NCBI GenBank assembly: GCA_963786935.1
Contig: CAWBAN010000004.1
Location: 160,001 to 224,000, forward strand
DNA: 64,000 bases
Direction: 5' to 3'
DNA from: an uncultured bacterium
GTDB taxonomy: Bacteria; Krumholzibacteriota; Krumholzibacteriia; Krumholzibacteriales; Krumholzibacteriaceae
In this document: positions 55,501 through 64,000 of the stretch, piece after piece
Layout: every line of letters starts with the position of its first letter
Numbering within the stretch: the first letter of the stretch is position 1
Made by a program: the position numbers and the translations under genes
The notes under the pieces: model-generated
The model's input: only the letters and a program-made list of their open reading frames with translations
Databases searched by the model: none
Told to the model about the DNA's origin: nothing

Positions 55501-55832
55501 ACTTCGGGCGCAAGATCCTCCAGACGGCGCGGCTCGCCGCCCAGAAGGAGAACCTGCACCTCATCTACATCACGAATTTCAAATGCGGGCCCGATTCGTA
55601 CGTGAAGCACTACGCGTCGGGCGCCGCCGTGCGTCCCTATCTCACCCTGCAGTTCGACGGACACTCGAACGACGCCGGCGTCATGACCCGCTGTGAAGCC
55701 TACCTCGACAGCAAAGGAGTTCTCAGATGGTGGAAGAAAAGCGAGGGCTCAAAGGCCGCACGGTCTACATCCCCCGAATGTCCGACGAGGGAGCGCGGGC
55801 CTTTGCGGCAGCCTTCCGATATCTTGGAGTAG
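52593..55832 (+). CDS. Acyl-CoA dehydratase activase (two BcrAD/BadFG ASKHA domains plus DUF2229)
   Basis: GMDVGT/GIDIGS, EMGGENSK/EIGGQDAK, two CAAGTGSF, CQGCTNYC, EPCFP, FKCGPDS. Confidence 0.9.
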   Translation: MKFFLGMDVGTVSAKWALVGARDAIEALAAKQGSPVAEVYAYPGDTAKAIAVSSYRRIQGRPLEASAKLLNELFEHVGFEDIGGAIVTGSAAKLVGTALGLPVENEFKAAAIGIGTLYRDVVNIFEMGGENSKFIHISNDDGRIGIVDYETNGDCAAGTGSFMDQQSTRLRYQIEDVGNLVLAAERTPKIAGRCSVFAKSDMIHAQQKGYKPDEVLKGLCESVARNFKSNIARGKSVHGKTAFIGGVALNKGVAGSLRHIFELEEKDFFVPKEGVHAAAIGAAIISGGGNGSAPAAQKKAAGAKGAADKPALDIAMLKDRLAHFTSQAASEFPSLKRLTRDRVLFLRDRVDKYSFDGRKLPVDAYLGIDIGSVSTNLTLIDDGGAVIKEIYLRTQARPIEIVHQGLQEIEREVGDKVRIRGVGTTGSGRELIGELIGADTIVDEITAHKTGAAFIGDAMIGKKVDTIFEIGGQDAKFISISDGIVVDFTMNEACAAGTGSFLEEQAEKLDVKIVNEFADRAFTSERPLRLGERCTVYMEQDVSAYMKKGAAKNDIIAGLAYSVVQNYLNRVVRGRKIGSVIFFQGGTAYNDAVAAAFSEVLGKEIIVPPYNGVIGAIGASLLVREKVKALEVDSTFRGYDLTAIDYKLREFTCQGCTNYCDIQEFNVEGNKTYWGDKCSDRYRKRAKVPRKPTIPNLMTLYNEALERDYIPLVEKELGRPIDTSAPAGSGAKPRIGVARSMYFYDRHPFWGTYLRALGAEVVLSPKTNKKIAHQGIEAAVAEPCFPIQVAHGHILALLEQGVDGILTPNVVDGETDAPEVKSYMCPWGQTLPFVLRQAPILDGKEALMMAPLVHFRQGENFVEKELWEYGKRFGVNRARHRLAVRAGYAAQRMFRDECEAAGREALDLLEKSGEAGVILVGRPYNVIDKEANLDVPGKLRDYYGMNVIPIFFLPLDGIGIRDIVDNMFWNFGRKILQTARLAAQKENLHLIYITNFKCGPDSYVKHYASGAAVRPYLTLQFDGHSNDAGVMTRCEAYLDSKGVLRWWKKSEGSKAARSTSPECPTRERGPLRQPSDILE

Positions 55833-57004
55833 ACGCGCACCCGTCCCCCGACGGGGACGAACGCACGTACGAGATCGCGGGACGCCACACGTCGGGAGAC
55901 GAGTGCCTTCCCGAGCGCGTGACGATCGGCGATTTTCTCAAGGTGGCCGAGCTCCCCGGATTCGATCCGGCGAAGACCGCCTTCTTCATGCCGACGGCGA
56001 GCGGCCCGTGCCGTTTCGGACAGTATTCCCCGTTCATGAAACAGGTTCTCCACGAGCTCGGCTACGACGACATCCTGGTCGTTTCTCCATCGAGCGCGGA
56101 CGGCTATGAGGGGCTCGGCGAGTACGCGGGCCCGATGATGCGGCTCGGCTGGTGGGGGCTCGTCGGGAGCGACGCGCTGCGCAAGATGCTCCATATCTAT
56201 CGCCCGCACGAGACGGAGCGGGGCGCGGCGGACAAGGCGTGCGACCGCGCGCTCGACATCTTCTGCGACGCGCTCGCCGACTCCTCCGTGCCGATCGGCG
56301 GGAAGAAGCTCGCGCAGCTCGCCGGCGCCCTCGAGAAGGGGCGGGACCTCTTCCGCGCGATCCCGGTCGATTTCGACCGCGACACGAAGCTCGTCGGCGT
56401 TGTCGGCGAGATCTTCTGCCGCCTGAGCACCTTCAGCAACGAGGATCTCATCCGGCGCCTCGAGACCTTCGGCGCGCAGGCGTGGCTCTCGGACATCGGC
56501 GAATGGGTGTGGTACACGAACTTCGAGCAGAAGAAAAACCTGAAAATGTACGGGCAGGGAGTCTCTCTCGAGATGCTCAAGGTGCGTATCAAGGAGCACG
56601 TCCAGCACTCGCACGAGGCGAAGATTCTCGCCCCGTTCAGGGAAGAGTTCGCCGGGCTCGAGGAGCCGCACGACGTGCGGGAAGTGCTCGAGCTCAGCGC
56701 GCCGTATCTGCCGTACAGCGGCTCGCTCGGCGAGATGGTGCTGAGCGTCGGCAAGGCTATCTATATGTACGAGCGGGGCATCGACGGCATCATCGACATC
56801 AGCCCGTTCACCTGCATGAACGGGATCATCTGCGAGTCGATCTATCCGAAGGTGAGCCGCGACTGCGACGGTATCCCCATCAGGACCTTCTACTTCGACG
56901 GCAGCCAGACCGATCTCGAGAACGACCTGGGCATATTCATGGAACTTGTTTCCAATTACAGCCGTAGAAAGACGAAGAGGCGCCTCCGGCGCCGGGCCGC
57001 GTGA
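55727..57004 (+). CDS. CoA-activase partner (DUF2229/2-hydroxyacyl-CoA dehydratase-like C-terminal half)
   Basis: GDECLP, GPCRFGQY, VVGEIF, PFTCMNG motifs; RBS AAAGGAG; overlaps the upstream CDS by 106 nt. Confidence 0.85.
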   Translation: MVEEKRGLKGRTVYIPRMSDEGARAFAAAFRYLGVDAHPSPDGDERTYEIAGRHTSGDECLPERVTIGDFLKVAELPGFDPAKTAFFMPTASGPCRFGQYSPFMKQVLHELGYDDILVVSPSSADGYEGLGEYAGPMMRLGWWGLVGSDALRKMLHIYRPHETERGAADKACDRALDIFCDALADSSVPIGGKKLAQLAGALEKGRDLFRAIPVDFDRDTKLVGVVGEIFCRLSTFSNEDLIRRLETFGAQAWLSDIGEWVWYTNFEQKKNLKMYGQGVSLEMLKVRIKEHVQHSHEAKILAPFREEFAGLEEPHDVREVLELSAPYLPYSGSLGEMVLSVGKAIYMYERGIDGIIDISPFTCMNGIICESIYPKVSRDCDGIPIRTFYFDGSQTDLENDLGIFMELVSNYSRRKTKRRLRRRAA

Positions 57005-57030
57005 TTCATTTTCCCCAAGGAGGTTCGAGG

Positions 57031-58404
57031 ATGCGCGTTCTCAAATCCCGCGCGACGCACCGGGTCGTCGCGCTCGCGATCTTCGTGCTCGTGTCGGCGG
57101 CTCTCGCGCCGGCGAGCGCGTGGAGCGCCGGCGAGAAGAAGACCGCGGCCGCGCCCGCGAAGTTCGCGGTGACGGTCGATTCTCTCGCGAACGGCCTCAA
57201 GGTGATCCTCCTCGAGGATCATTCCGTTCCGGTCGTGAGCCGCTGGACCTTTTACCGCGCGGGGAGCCGCAACGAGCGCCCCGGCATCACGGGGATTTCC
57301 CATTACATCGAGCATATGATGTTCAACGGGGCCGCCAAATACGGGCCCAAAGAGTTCGACAAGTCCCTCGAATCGAACGGCGGCTACTCGAACGCCTGGA
57401 CGAGCGAGGACATGACGGCGTACTACGAGGATTTCACGAGCAGCATCCTCGAGCTCTGCCTCGACCTCGACAGCGACCGGATGCGCTCGCTCTCGTTCCT
57501 GCCCGATATCTGCCCGACGGAGCTCTCCGTCATCCGCGAAGAGCGGCGCCTCGTTACCGATAACTCGGTTGACGGCGCGATGTACGAAGATCTCTTCGCC
57601 CTCGCGTACAAGGCGCACCCGTACGGCTGGCAGGTGATCGGATGGATGTCCGATCTCGAGAGCATCACCCGCGAGGACGCGGTGAGCTACTGGAAGACCT
57701 ACTATGCGCCGAACAATGCCGTGCTCATCATCGCCGGGGATTTCGAGACGAAGAAGGCGCTCGATCTCGTTCATAAGTACTACGACAACATTCCGGCGCA
57801 GACGCCCCCGCCGCCGGTCCGCACGCGCGAGCCCGAGCAGGCGGGCGAGCGGCGCGCCGAGCTGCACAAGCCGGCCGAGATGCCCGCGGTGCTCATCGGC
57901 TATCACATACCCGACGTCAAATCCCCCGATATCTACGCGCTCGACGTTCTCCAGATGATCCTCACTGACGGCGAGAGCTCGCGCCTCTACAAGAAGCTCG
58001 TCCGCGACCTCGGCGTCGCCGTCAACGTGCAGGCGGGCGCCGACTGGCGGGTGGATCCTTCGCTCTTCGTGTTCGACGTCAAGATAAAGCCGGCGGGGAA
58101 CGCCGCCGACGGCGAAAAGGCGATCTACGAGGAGCTCGCTTCGATTGCGGCCGGCGGCGTGACCGCGCAGGAGCTCGAGAAGGCCAAGAACCGCGTGCTC
58201 GCGAACTTCTACCGCAGCATCCAGACGGTGAACGGCAAGGCGAGCAAGATCGGGCGTTACGAGCTCCTCTTCGGCGATTTCAACGAGATCTACCAGGTGC
58301 AGGACCGCTACCAGGCGGTGACCCTCGACGACGTGAAGCGCGTCGCCGGTACGTACTTCGATCAGAAAAACCGGAGCGTTCTCACCCTGATTCCCGAGAA
58401 CTGA
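57031..58404 (+). CDS. M16 (pitrilysin/insulinase) peptidase, catalytic subunit
   Basis: LANGLKV, GISHYIEHMMF (HxxEH), NAWTS, EERR, HPYG; ATG after AGGAGG. Confidence 0.92.
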   Translation: MRVLKSRATHRVVALAIFVLVSAALAPASAWSAGEKKTAAAPAKFAVTVDSLANGLKVILLEDHSVPVVSRWTFYRAGSRNERPGITGISHYIEHMMFNGAAKYGPKEFDKSLESNGGYSNAWTSEDMTAYYEDFTSSILELCLDLDSDRMRSLSFLPDICPTELSVIREERRLVTDNSVDGAMYEDLFALAYKAHPYGWQVIGWMSDLESITREDAVSYWKTYYAPNNAVLIIAGDFETKKALDLVHKYYDNIPAQTPPPPVRTREPEQAGERRAELHKPAEMPAVLIGYHIPDVKSPDIYALDVLQMILTDGESSRLYKKLVRDLGVAVNVQAGADWRVDPSLFVFDVKIKPAGNAADGEKAIYEELASIAAGGVTAQELEKAKNRVLANFYRSIQTVNGKASKIGRYELLFGDFNEIYQVQDRYQAVTLDDVKRVAGTYFDQKNRSVLTLIPEN

Positions 58405-58417
58405 TAAGGAGAATGTC

Positions 58418-59809
58418 ATGAAGAAGCTTCTCATCGCGGCGGTCGCGGCGGCGTTCGTCATGCACGCCTCGCTCGCGCTCGCCGGCACGGGAGCGGTGAA
58501 GCTCCCGCCGTACAAGGAATCGAAGCTCGGAAACGGCCTGCGCGTGTTCGTCATGGAGACGACGGAAGTGCCGCTCGTCACCGTGGCGCTCCTCGTCCCG
58601 AGCGGCTCGGCCGCCGACGGCCCCGGGGCCGAAGGCGTCGCGAACCTCACCGGTCGCCTGCTCCTGAAGGGCGCCGGGGGCATGAGCGCCGAGCAGATCG
58701 CCGACGCGATCGAAGAGGTCGGCGGCAACATGAGCGTGAACACGACCCGCGACTACACGGTCGTGTTCGCCAACTTCATGGCGAAGGATCTCTCGCGCGC
58801 CCTCGACATCATGAGCAAGGCCGTGCTGACTCCGGCATTCCCGGCGGAGGAGCTCGCGCGCGAGAAGGGGCTTGTCACGGCGGAGATCGCCGGCATCAAG
58901 GAGAATCCGATGGCCTTCGCGAGCCGCGAGGCGGTCCGCGTGCTCGTCGGAGACCACCCGTACGCTCACCCGGTGGACGGGAGCGCGACGAGCGTGGAGG
59001 ACTTGACCCGCGACGGCGTGCTCGCGTACTACAAGGCCAACTACGTCCCCGCCGGCGCGATCGTCGCCGTCGTCGGGAACGTGAAAAGCGCGCAGGCGCT
59101 CGATCTCGTGAAGGCGCGGTTCGGCTCGTGGAAGGGCGCGGCCCCGGCGCGCGAGATTCCGGCGCTCGAGCCGAAGAAGCTCCCCGGGCGGCGTGTATTC
59201 GTCGTCGACAAGAAAGACGCCACGCAGTCGCAGATCAGGATCGGCAACATCGCCGTGCCGCGGAACACGCCCGACTACTTCCCGCTCGTCGTCTCGAACA
59301 CCATCCTCGGCGGCGGATTCACCTCGCGCCTCATGAACGAGATCCGCGTCAACCGCGGCCTCTCGTACGGCGCCCGGAGCGGCGTCACGCACATGAAACA
59401 CGGCGGGTTCTTCACCGTCCTGACCTACACGAAGAACGAGACGATGCGCGAGGCGATCGACGTGTGCCTCAACGAGCTGAAGAAGCTCCGGGACGAGCGG
59501 ATCGGCGACGAGGAGCTCACGAGCAACAAGAAATATATCTCGGGGCTCTTCCCCTTCGATATCGAGACGAACAACGATCTCGCGGGCTGGCTCGTCGATC
59601 TCACCTACAACGGCGTGCCGCTCACCTTCATCGAGGAGTATCAGGGCAAGGTCGCCGCGGTGACGCCGGACGACTGCATGCGCGTCGCCCGGGCGCACTA
59701 CTGGCTCGACGACAATCTCCTGTTCCTCATGACGAGCTACGACGAAACGAAGGAGCAGCTGCAGGGGCTCGGGAACGTCGAGGTCGTCGGAATCGATAAG
59801 ATCGAGTGA
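58418..59809 (+). CDS. M16 peptidase, non-catalytic subunit
   Basis: LGNGLRV, lacks HxxEH, ILGGGFTSRLMNEIRVNRGLSYG R/Y motif. Confidence 0.9.
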   Translation: MKKLLIAAVAAAFVMHASLALAGTGAVKLPPYKESKLGNGLRVFVMETTEVPLVTVALLVPSGSAADGPGAEGVANLTGRLLLKGAGGMSAEQIADAIEEVGGNMSVNTTRDYTVVFANFMAKDLSRALDIMSKAVLTPAFPAEELAREKGLVTAEIAGIKENPMAFASREAVRVLVGDHPYAHPVDGSATSVEDLTRDGVLAYYKANYVPAGAIVAVVGNVKSAQALDLVKARFGSWKGAAPAREIPALEPKKLPGRRVFVVDKKDATQSQIRIGNIAVPRNTPDYFPLVVSNTILGGGFTSRLMNEIRVNRGLSYGARSGVTHMKHGGFFTVLTYTKNETMREAIDVCLNELKKLRDERIGDEELTSNKKYISGLFPFDIETNNDLAGWLVDLTYNGVPLTFIEEYQGKVAAVTPDDCMRVARAHYWLDDNLLFLMTSYDETKEQLQGLGNVEVVGIDKIE

Positions 59810-59814
59810 GCGGC

Positions 59815-59952
59815 GCGGGTCCTGTTGCCCCGCACGCGGGGCCTGTCGGCGATTGCACCCCGCCCGTGCTCGCAAGCTGCGCGCGGGCGGGGACCCCATC
59901 GCCGCCACCCGCTACTCGTGCACGGGGCAGGGACCCCATCGCCGCCACCCGC
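59815..59952. repeat. REP-like palindromic element cluster
   Basis: Full element 59836-59912 with central GCTCGCAAGCTGC, plus an extra partial left arm and an extra right arm; homologous to 14427-14620. Confidence 0.8.
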
Positions 59953-59996
59953 CACACGTGCTCATGCGCAGTCCTCAGAGCCGCCAGTGGTGCGCC

Positions 59997-60025
59997 TTGT
60001 AAAATACCCCTGATGAGAGTATAAT
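59997..60025 (+). promoter_or_regulatory. Sigma70 promoter
   Basis: TTGTAA-17 nt-TATAAT. Confidence 0.7.
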
Positions 60026-60076
60026 AGTTGCGGTAAATCCCGACAAAATGACGGCGAACATGGAAAGGAGATTTCC

Positions 60077-60631
60077 ATGAGGAAACTGTTATTGATATCG
60101 GCGGTTATCGCCGTCGCGGCGTGCGGGGCCCATGCTCTGCCGCCGAAACCCTATTTCGGGATCTATGCGGATGCGAGCCATTTGATTCAATCGGTGACGC
60201 CCGCCGTCTACAGCCAGTTTTCGGTCTGGTTCTGGTGCCTGCCGTCCGAGAACGGCCTGCAGGCCATCATGTTCCGTATGACCTATCCTTCGAACGTCGT
60301 CGTTCTCTCGTCCGTAAAAAATCCGGGCACAATTGTCGCCTTGGGTTGCCCGTACACATACGAGCCGGGTTTCTGCGCGATCTTCCCGGAGGGATCATGC
60401 CAGACGGACTGGGTATGGACCATTAATCTGACTTGCATGGTCCTGACCAATCAGCCGGGCTTCATCGAGGTCGGCCCGCTGTCGTATCAGAGCGTGCTGG
60501 AAGCCACAACCTGCCAGCCGGGCTATCCCATCGAGCCGGTAACGATACTCAACGAGTTCGGCATCAATCAGGACGCCGTAATCGGCGTCGAGCCCGAGAC
60601 GTGGGGAGAGATAAAGAGCCTCTACCGGTGA
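60077..60631 (+). CDS. Small secreted protein with C-terminal TWGxIKxLYR motif
   Basis: Signal peptide; RBS AAAGGAG; ends GVEPETWGEIKSLYR. Confidence 0.85.
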   Translation: MRKLLLISAVIAVAACGAHALPPKPYFGIYADASHLIQSVTPAVYSQFSVWFWCLPSENGLQAIMFRMTYPSNVVVLSSVKNPGTIVALGCPYTYEPGFCAIFPEGSCQTDWVWTINLTCMVLTNQPGFIEVGPLSYQSVLEATTCQPGYPIEPVTILNEFGINQDAVIGVEPETWGEIKSLYR

Positions 60632-60794
60632 ATCCGCCACCATAGAGATATCCGATCGCGGGCGCGGCGTTTATCCATCCAATTTATCCCCCCGGCGACG
60701 ATGCGTGTGGCCCCGTTCTTGCCACATTCTATTGCGGAATAGCAGTGCGCTTCCTCGTTGCATCCATAACTGCATCTAGGAAAGGAGGTTGCGC

Positions 60795-63473
60795 ATGCTC
60801 CGCCGCTTCGCCCGCAGGCGTTTTCCGGCGCTCCGCGCCGCGAAATGCCATGTTTTCCCCCTTATATTCGCATTATCGCTTTTGGCGATCGACGCCCATG
60901 CGCGGCATCCGATCCGGGCCGATTTCTTCGCGATATATCCGCAGGCGGCGGGAACACAGCTCGACGATCTGCCGGGCAACTCGATGCACTGCGGGGTGTG
61001 CCATTTCAGCTTCAAAGGCGGAGGCCCGCGCAATCCTTACGGATTCCGCGTCGAGGTGTGGCTCAAGAACGGCTTATCGAATAATGAGGCGATTCTCGCG
61101 GCGGACGGCGAGGATTCCGACGGCGACGGCTTCAGCAACCATTTCGAGGTGACCGACCTCGTCAGCTTCTCCAACACGCCGACATTCCCCGGCCTCACGG
61201 AGTCGAACAAGGCGTTCGCGCGCAATATCGCGCTTTCCGAAATCGAACCGTATCTCACGCCGAACGGCGGGACGGATGCGACGCCCCCGGATGTCGCCGT
61301 TCTCTCGCCGAACGGGGGAGAGGCGATGGCCGCCGGGGCCTATTTCGAAATCGGCTACTCGGCGACGGATGCGAGCGGCGTTTCGCATGTGAACTTCTAT
61401 ATATCCGATGACGGCGGTCTCACCTACGAGCCGATCGGCGTTTCCGTCGTGCCCGGGGCGGCCTTCTCGTGGTTCGTGCCGAACCTTCCCGGCGGCGTGA
61501 CGAGGATCAAGGTCGTCGCGTACGATCTTTCGGGGAACGCGGGATCCGACGCGAGCGATTTCGACTTCACGATCATCGCGCAGCCGGCCGGATACGTGCC
61601 GTCCACGTTCCGCGACCTGAAGCTCGCGGGCACGCAGCCCCACGAAGGGGCCGTTCTCGACGATCCCGAGACGTGCAAGACGTGCCACGGGAACTACGAT
61701 GCCGCGCACGAGCCGTGGTTCAACCAGCGCGGAAGCCTCATGGGCCAGGCGGCGCGCGATCCGTTCTTCAACGCCTGCATGGCGATTGCCGAGCAGGACG
61801 CACCGTCGGTCGGAGACCTGTGCATCAGATGCCATTCGCCGGGCGGATGGCAGGAGGGGCGCTCCGTCGACACGGACGGCGGTATGCTGACCGCCAAGGA
61901 CCGGCACGGCGTGCAGTGCGATTTCTGCCACCGTCTCGTCGATTACAATTATTCGCCGGGCCTGAGTCCCGCGCAGGATTCGACCGTTCTCGCGGCGATC
62001 TCGCCGCTGCCGCTCCAGTACGGGAACGGCCAGTTCATCAACGACCCGATGCCGCTCCGTCGCGGGCCCTACGCGGACGCCGATGCGAACCACGCGTTCG
62101 TGCATTCGCCGTTCCATCGGTCGGCGGATCTATGCGGCACCTGCCACGACGTGAGCAACCCGGCGTTTTCGAACGCCGGGCCCGGCGACTACGCGCCGAA
62201 CGCGTTCGACGCCGAGCATCCCGATATGAACCTGCGAAACATGATGCCGGTCGAGCGCACGTTCAGCGAATGGTCGCGGAGCGAGTTCGCGTCGATTGGT
62301 GTATACGCGCCGCAGCTGGCGGGCGCCAAGCTCGATGGGATCGTTTCGACGTGCCAGGATTGCCACATGCGCGACGTGAACGCGCGCGGCTGCAATATCA
62401 ACGGGGTGAAAGCGCGCGCCGATCTCCCGCTCCACGATCTCACGGGGGGCAACACCTTCGTGACCGATATCGTGGCGTCCTTTTATCCGGGCGAGACCGA
62501 TGCCGCGCAGCTCGCTGCCGCGAAGGACCGCGCGACCGCGATGATTCAGCTCGCCGCCACGCTCGAGCTCGTCCCACGGGATTACGGCGTGGACGTGCGG
62601 GTGACGAATCAGACGGGGCACAAGCTGCCGTCGGGATATCCGGAAGGCAGGCGCGTGTGGATCAACGTCCGGGCGTACGACGCGGCCGGCGGGCTCGTCC
62701 TCGAATCGGGCTCGTACGATTTCTCGTCGGCCGTGCTGACGCGCGACCCGCAGGCGAAGGTGTACGAAGTGCGCCCGGGGCTCTCGCCGGCGCTCGCGGC
62801 GGCGCTCGGCATGCCGGCGGGACCGTCGTTCCATTTCGTGCTCAGCGACACCATCTTTTCGGACAACCGGATCCCGCCGCGCGGATTCGCGAACGCAGGA
62901 TTCCGGGAGATCCAGTCGCCGCCGGTCCATTACGCGTACGCCGACGGCCAGTTCTGGGATATAACGCCGTATCGTCTGCCCCTGACGGCCGATTCGGTCC
63001 GGGTCACGCTTTACTATCAGACGACGAGCAAGGAGTACATCGAGTTCCTGCGCGACGCCAATACGACGAACGGCGCCGGGCGGAGTCTCTATGACGCGTG
63101 GGTCGCGCAGGGCAAGGCGGCGCCCGTCGTCATGGCGCAGGCGGGGGCGAAGCTGAACGTGACGGTCACCGCGGCCGACGAGCGGCGCGCGCCGCTGAGC
63201 TACGAGCTCTCGCAGAACTATCCGAATCCCTTCAACCCGGTAACGAAGATCGCGTACTCGCTCGCCGCACGCGAGCGGGTGACCATCGCCGTCTATAACG
63301 TGAAGGGCGCCCGCGTGCGAACCATCGTCGACGCGGTTCAGGAGCCGAGCAGGTACGCGGTGCAGTGGGACGGGAGAAATGACGCCGGCGCGGCGGTGCC
63401 GTCCGGCATGTATTTCATACGCTACAAGGCCGGCTCATACTCGTTCACGAAGAAAGCGGTGCTCCTGCGGTAG
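60795..63473 (+). CDS. Secreted multiheme (6x CxxCH) cytochrome c with Ig-like domain and T9SS-type CTD
   Basis: CGVCH, CKTCH, CIRCH, CDFCH, CGTCH, CQDCH; GHKLPSG; CTD QNYPNPFNP...KKAVLLR; ATG after AGGAGG. Confidence 0.9.
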   Translation: MLRRFARRRFPALRAAKCHVFPLIFALSLLAIDAHARHPIRADFFAIYPQAAGTQLDDLPGNSMHCGVCHFSFKGGGPRNPYGFRVEVWLKNGLSNNEAILAADGEDSDGDGFSNHFEVTDLVSFSNTPTFPGLTESNKAFARNIALSEIEPYLTPNGGTDATPPDVAVLSPNGGEAMAAGAYFEIGYSATDASGVSHVNFYISDDGGLTYEPIGVSVVPGAAFSWFVPNLPGGVTRIKVVAYDLSGNAGSDASDFDFTIIAQPAGYVPSTFRDLKLAGTQPHEGAVLDDPETCKTCHGNYDAAHEPWFNQRGSLMGQAARDPFFNACMAIAEQDAPSVGDLCIRCHSPGGWQEGRSVDTDGGMLTAKDRHGVQCDFCHRLVDYNYSPGLSPAQDSTVLAAISPLPLQYGNGQFINDPMPLRRGPYADADANHAFVHSPFHRSADLCGTCHDVSNPAFSNAGPGDYAPNAFDAEHPDMNLRNMMPVERTFSEWSRSEFASIGVYAPQLAGAKLDGIVSTCQDCHMRDVNARGCNINGVKARADLPLHDLTGGNTFVTDIVASFYPGETDAAQLAAAKDRATAMIQLAATLELVPRDYGVDVRVTNQTGHKLPSGYPEGRRVWINVRAYDAAGGLVLESGSYDFSSAVLTRDPQAKVYEVRPGLSPALAAALGMPAGPSFHFVLSDTIFSDNRIPPRGFANAGFREIQSPPVHYAYADGQFWDITPYRLPLTADSVRVTLYYQTTSKEYIEFLRDANTTNGAGRSLYDAWVAQGKAAPVVMAQAGAKLNVTVTAADERRAPLSYELSQNYPNPFNPVTKIAYSLAARERVTIAVYNVKGARVRTIVDAVQEPSRYAVQWDGRNDAGAAVPSGMYFIRYKAGSYSFTKKAVLLR

Positions 63474-63480
63474 CGGCCCG

Positions 63481-64000
63481 CTACTCGACCGCGGCCAAAA
63501 GACGGATCTCCTCGGTGACACCTTCCGCGAACGATCTCGGCGCATAGCCGAGATCCCCGGCAGCTTCCGAGAAATCGTATCGCTTGTCCTCGCGGAGCCG
63601 CTCGATCTGCTCCCGGCTGACGGGGGCACGGGGGAGCAGCTTCTCCATCGCGCCCGCGGCCGTCTCGGCGAGCGCGATCGGAAACGGCACGACGACGGCT
63701 TTCTTGCCGAGCTTTCCCGCGATGACGGCGACGATCTCCCGCAGCGAGTGCGCGCTCCCGCCCGGCACGTCGTAGCTCTTGCCGGCGCTCGCCGGCGTCT
63801 TGAGGGCGGCGAGCACGCACGAGGCGAGATCGTCCACGTGCACCGGCTGAAAGACCGATTTTCCGCCGCCGGGCAGCGGCACGACTCCGTATTTCGCCAC
63901 GAGCCTGATGAGCTTCGAGATGTTCCGGTCCTCGGGAGTGCCGTAGATCATGGTCGGCCGGAGGATCGTGTATGAAACCCCCGATCGCGCGATCGCGCGC
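63481..64000 (-). CDS. NAD-dependent epimerase/dehydratase (SDR), 5' end outside the window
   Basis: YTILRPTMIYG, QPVHVDDLA, DLGYAPR motifs. Confidence 0.8.
   Translation of the reverse strand, partial: RAIARSGVSYTILRPTMIYGTPEDRNISKLIRLVAKYGVVPLPGGGKSVFQPVHVDDLASCVLAALKTPASAGKSYDVPGGSAHSLREIVAVIAGKLGKKAVVVPFPIALAETAAGAMEKLLPRAPVSREQIERLREDKRYDFSEAAGDLGYAPRSFAEGVTEEIRLLAAVE

Overview
A GC-rich bacterial window, about 31 genes, with no rRNA, tRNA, transposase or CRISPR array that I could see. The gene content suggests an FCB-related anaerobe such as Ca. Krumholzibacteriota; this is inference only. The window is dominated by secreted or surface proteins. Ten ORFs end in a T9SS-type/FlgD-Ig C-terminal domain (QN[YF]PNPFNP...K[K]MV[LM]LR): a tandem array of four ~1030-aa paralogs with a patchwork similarity pattern, three 8-repeat propeller-like proteins, a YCF48-like protein, an orphan-headed protein and a hexaheme cytochrome c. 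Two other C-terminal signal types also occur (a TWGxIKxLYR tail and an IPTL/PEP-CTERM-like anchor). Other genes: a TonB-dependent receptor/2x DUF4876 lipoprotein/DUF6850-like barrel operon behind a Fur-like box, many peptidases (M19, barrel-fused SppA, tricorn S41, M16 pair), a transketolase-like enzyme, a B12 radical SAM enzyme, LytS/LytTR and a CoA-activase pair. The most striking non-coding signals are (i) an inverted pair of ~70-nt hairpins at 31490-31647 with 8 compensated base-pair changes and conserved loops, (ii) a dispersed REP-like palindromic family at ~14.4, 15.9 and 59.8 kb, and (iii) long leaders of the paralog array sharing a 16-nt motif complementary to their G-run RBS. Family assignments come from motif recognition by eye, not database searches.
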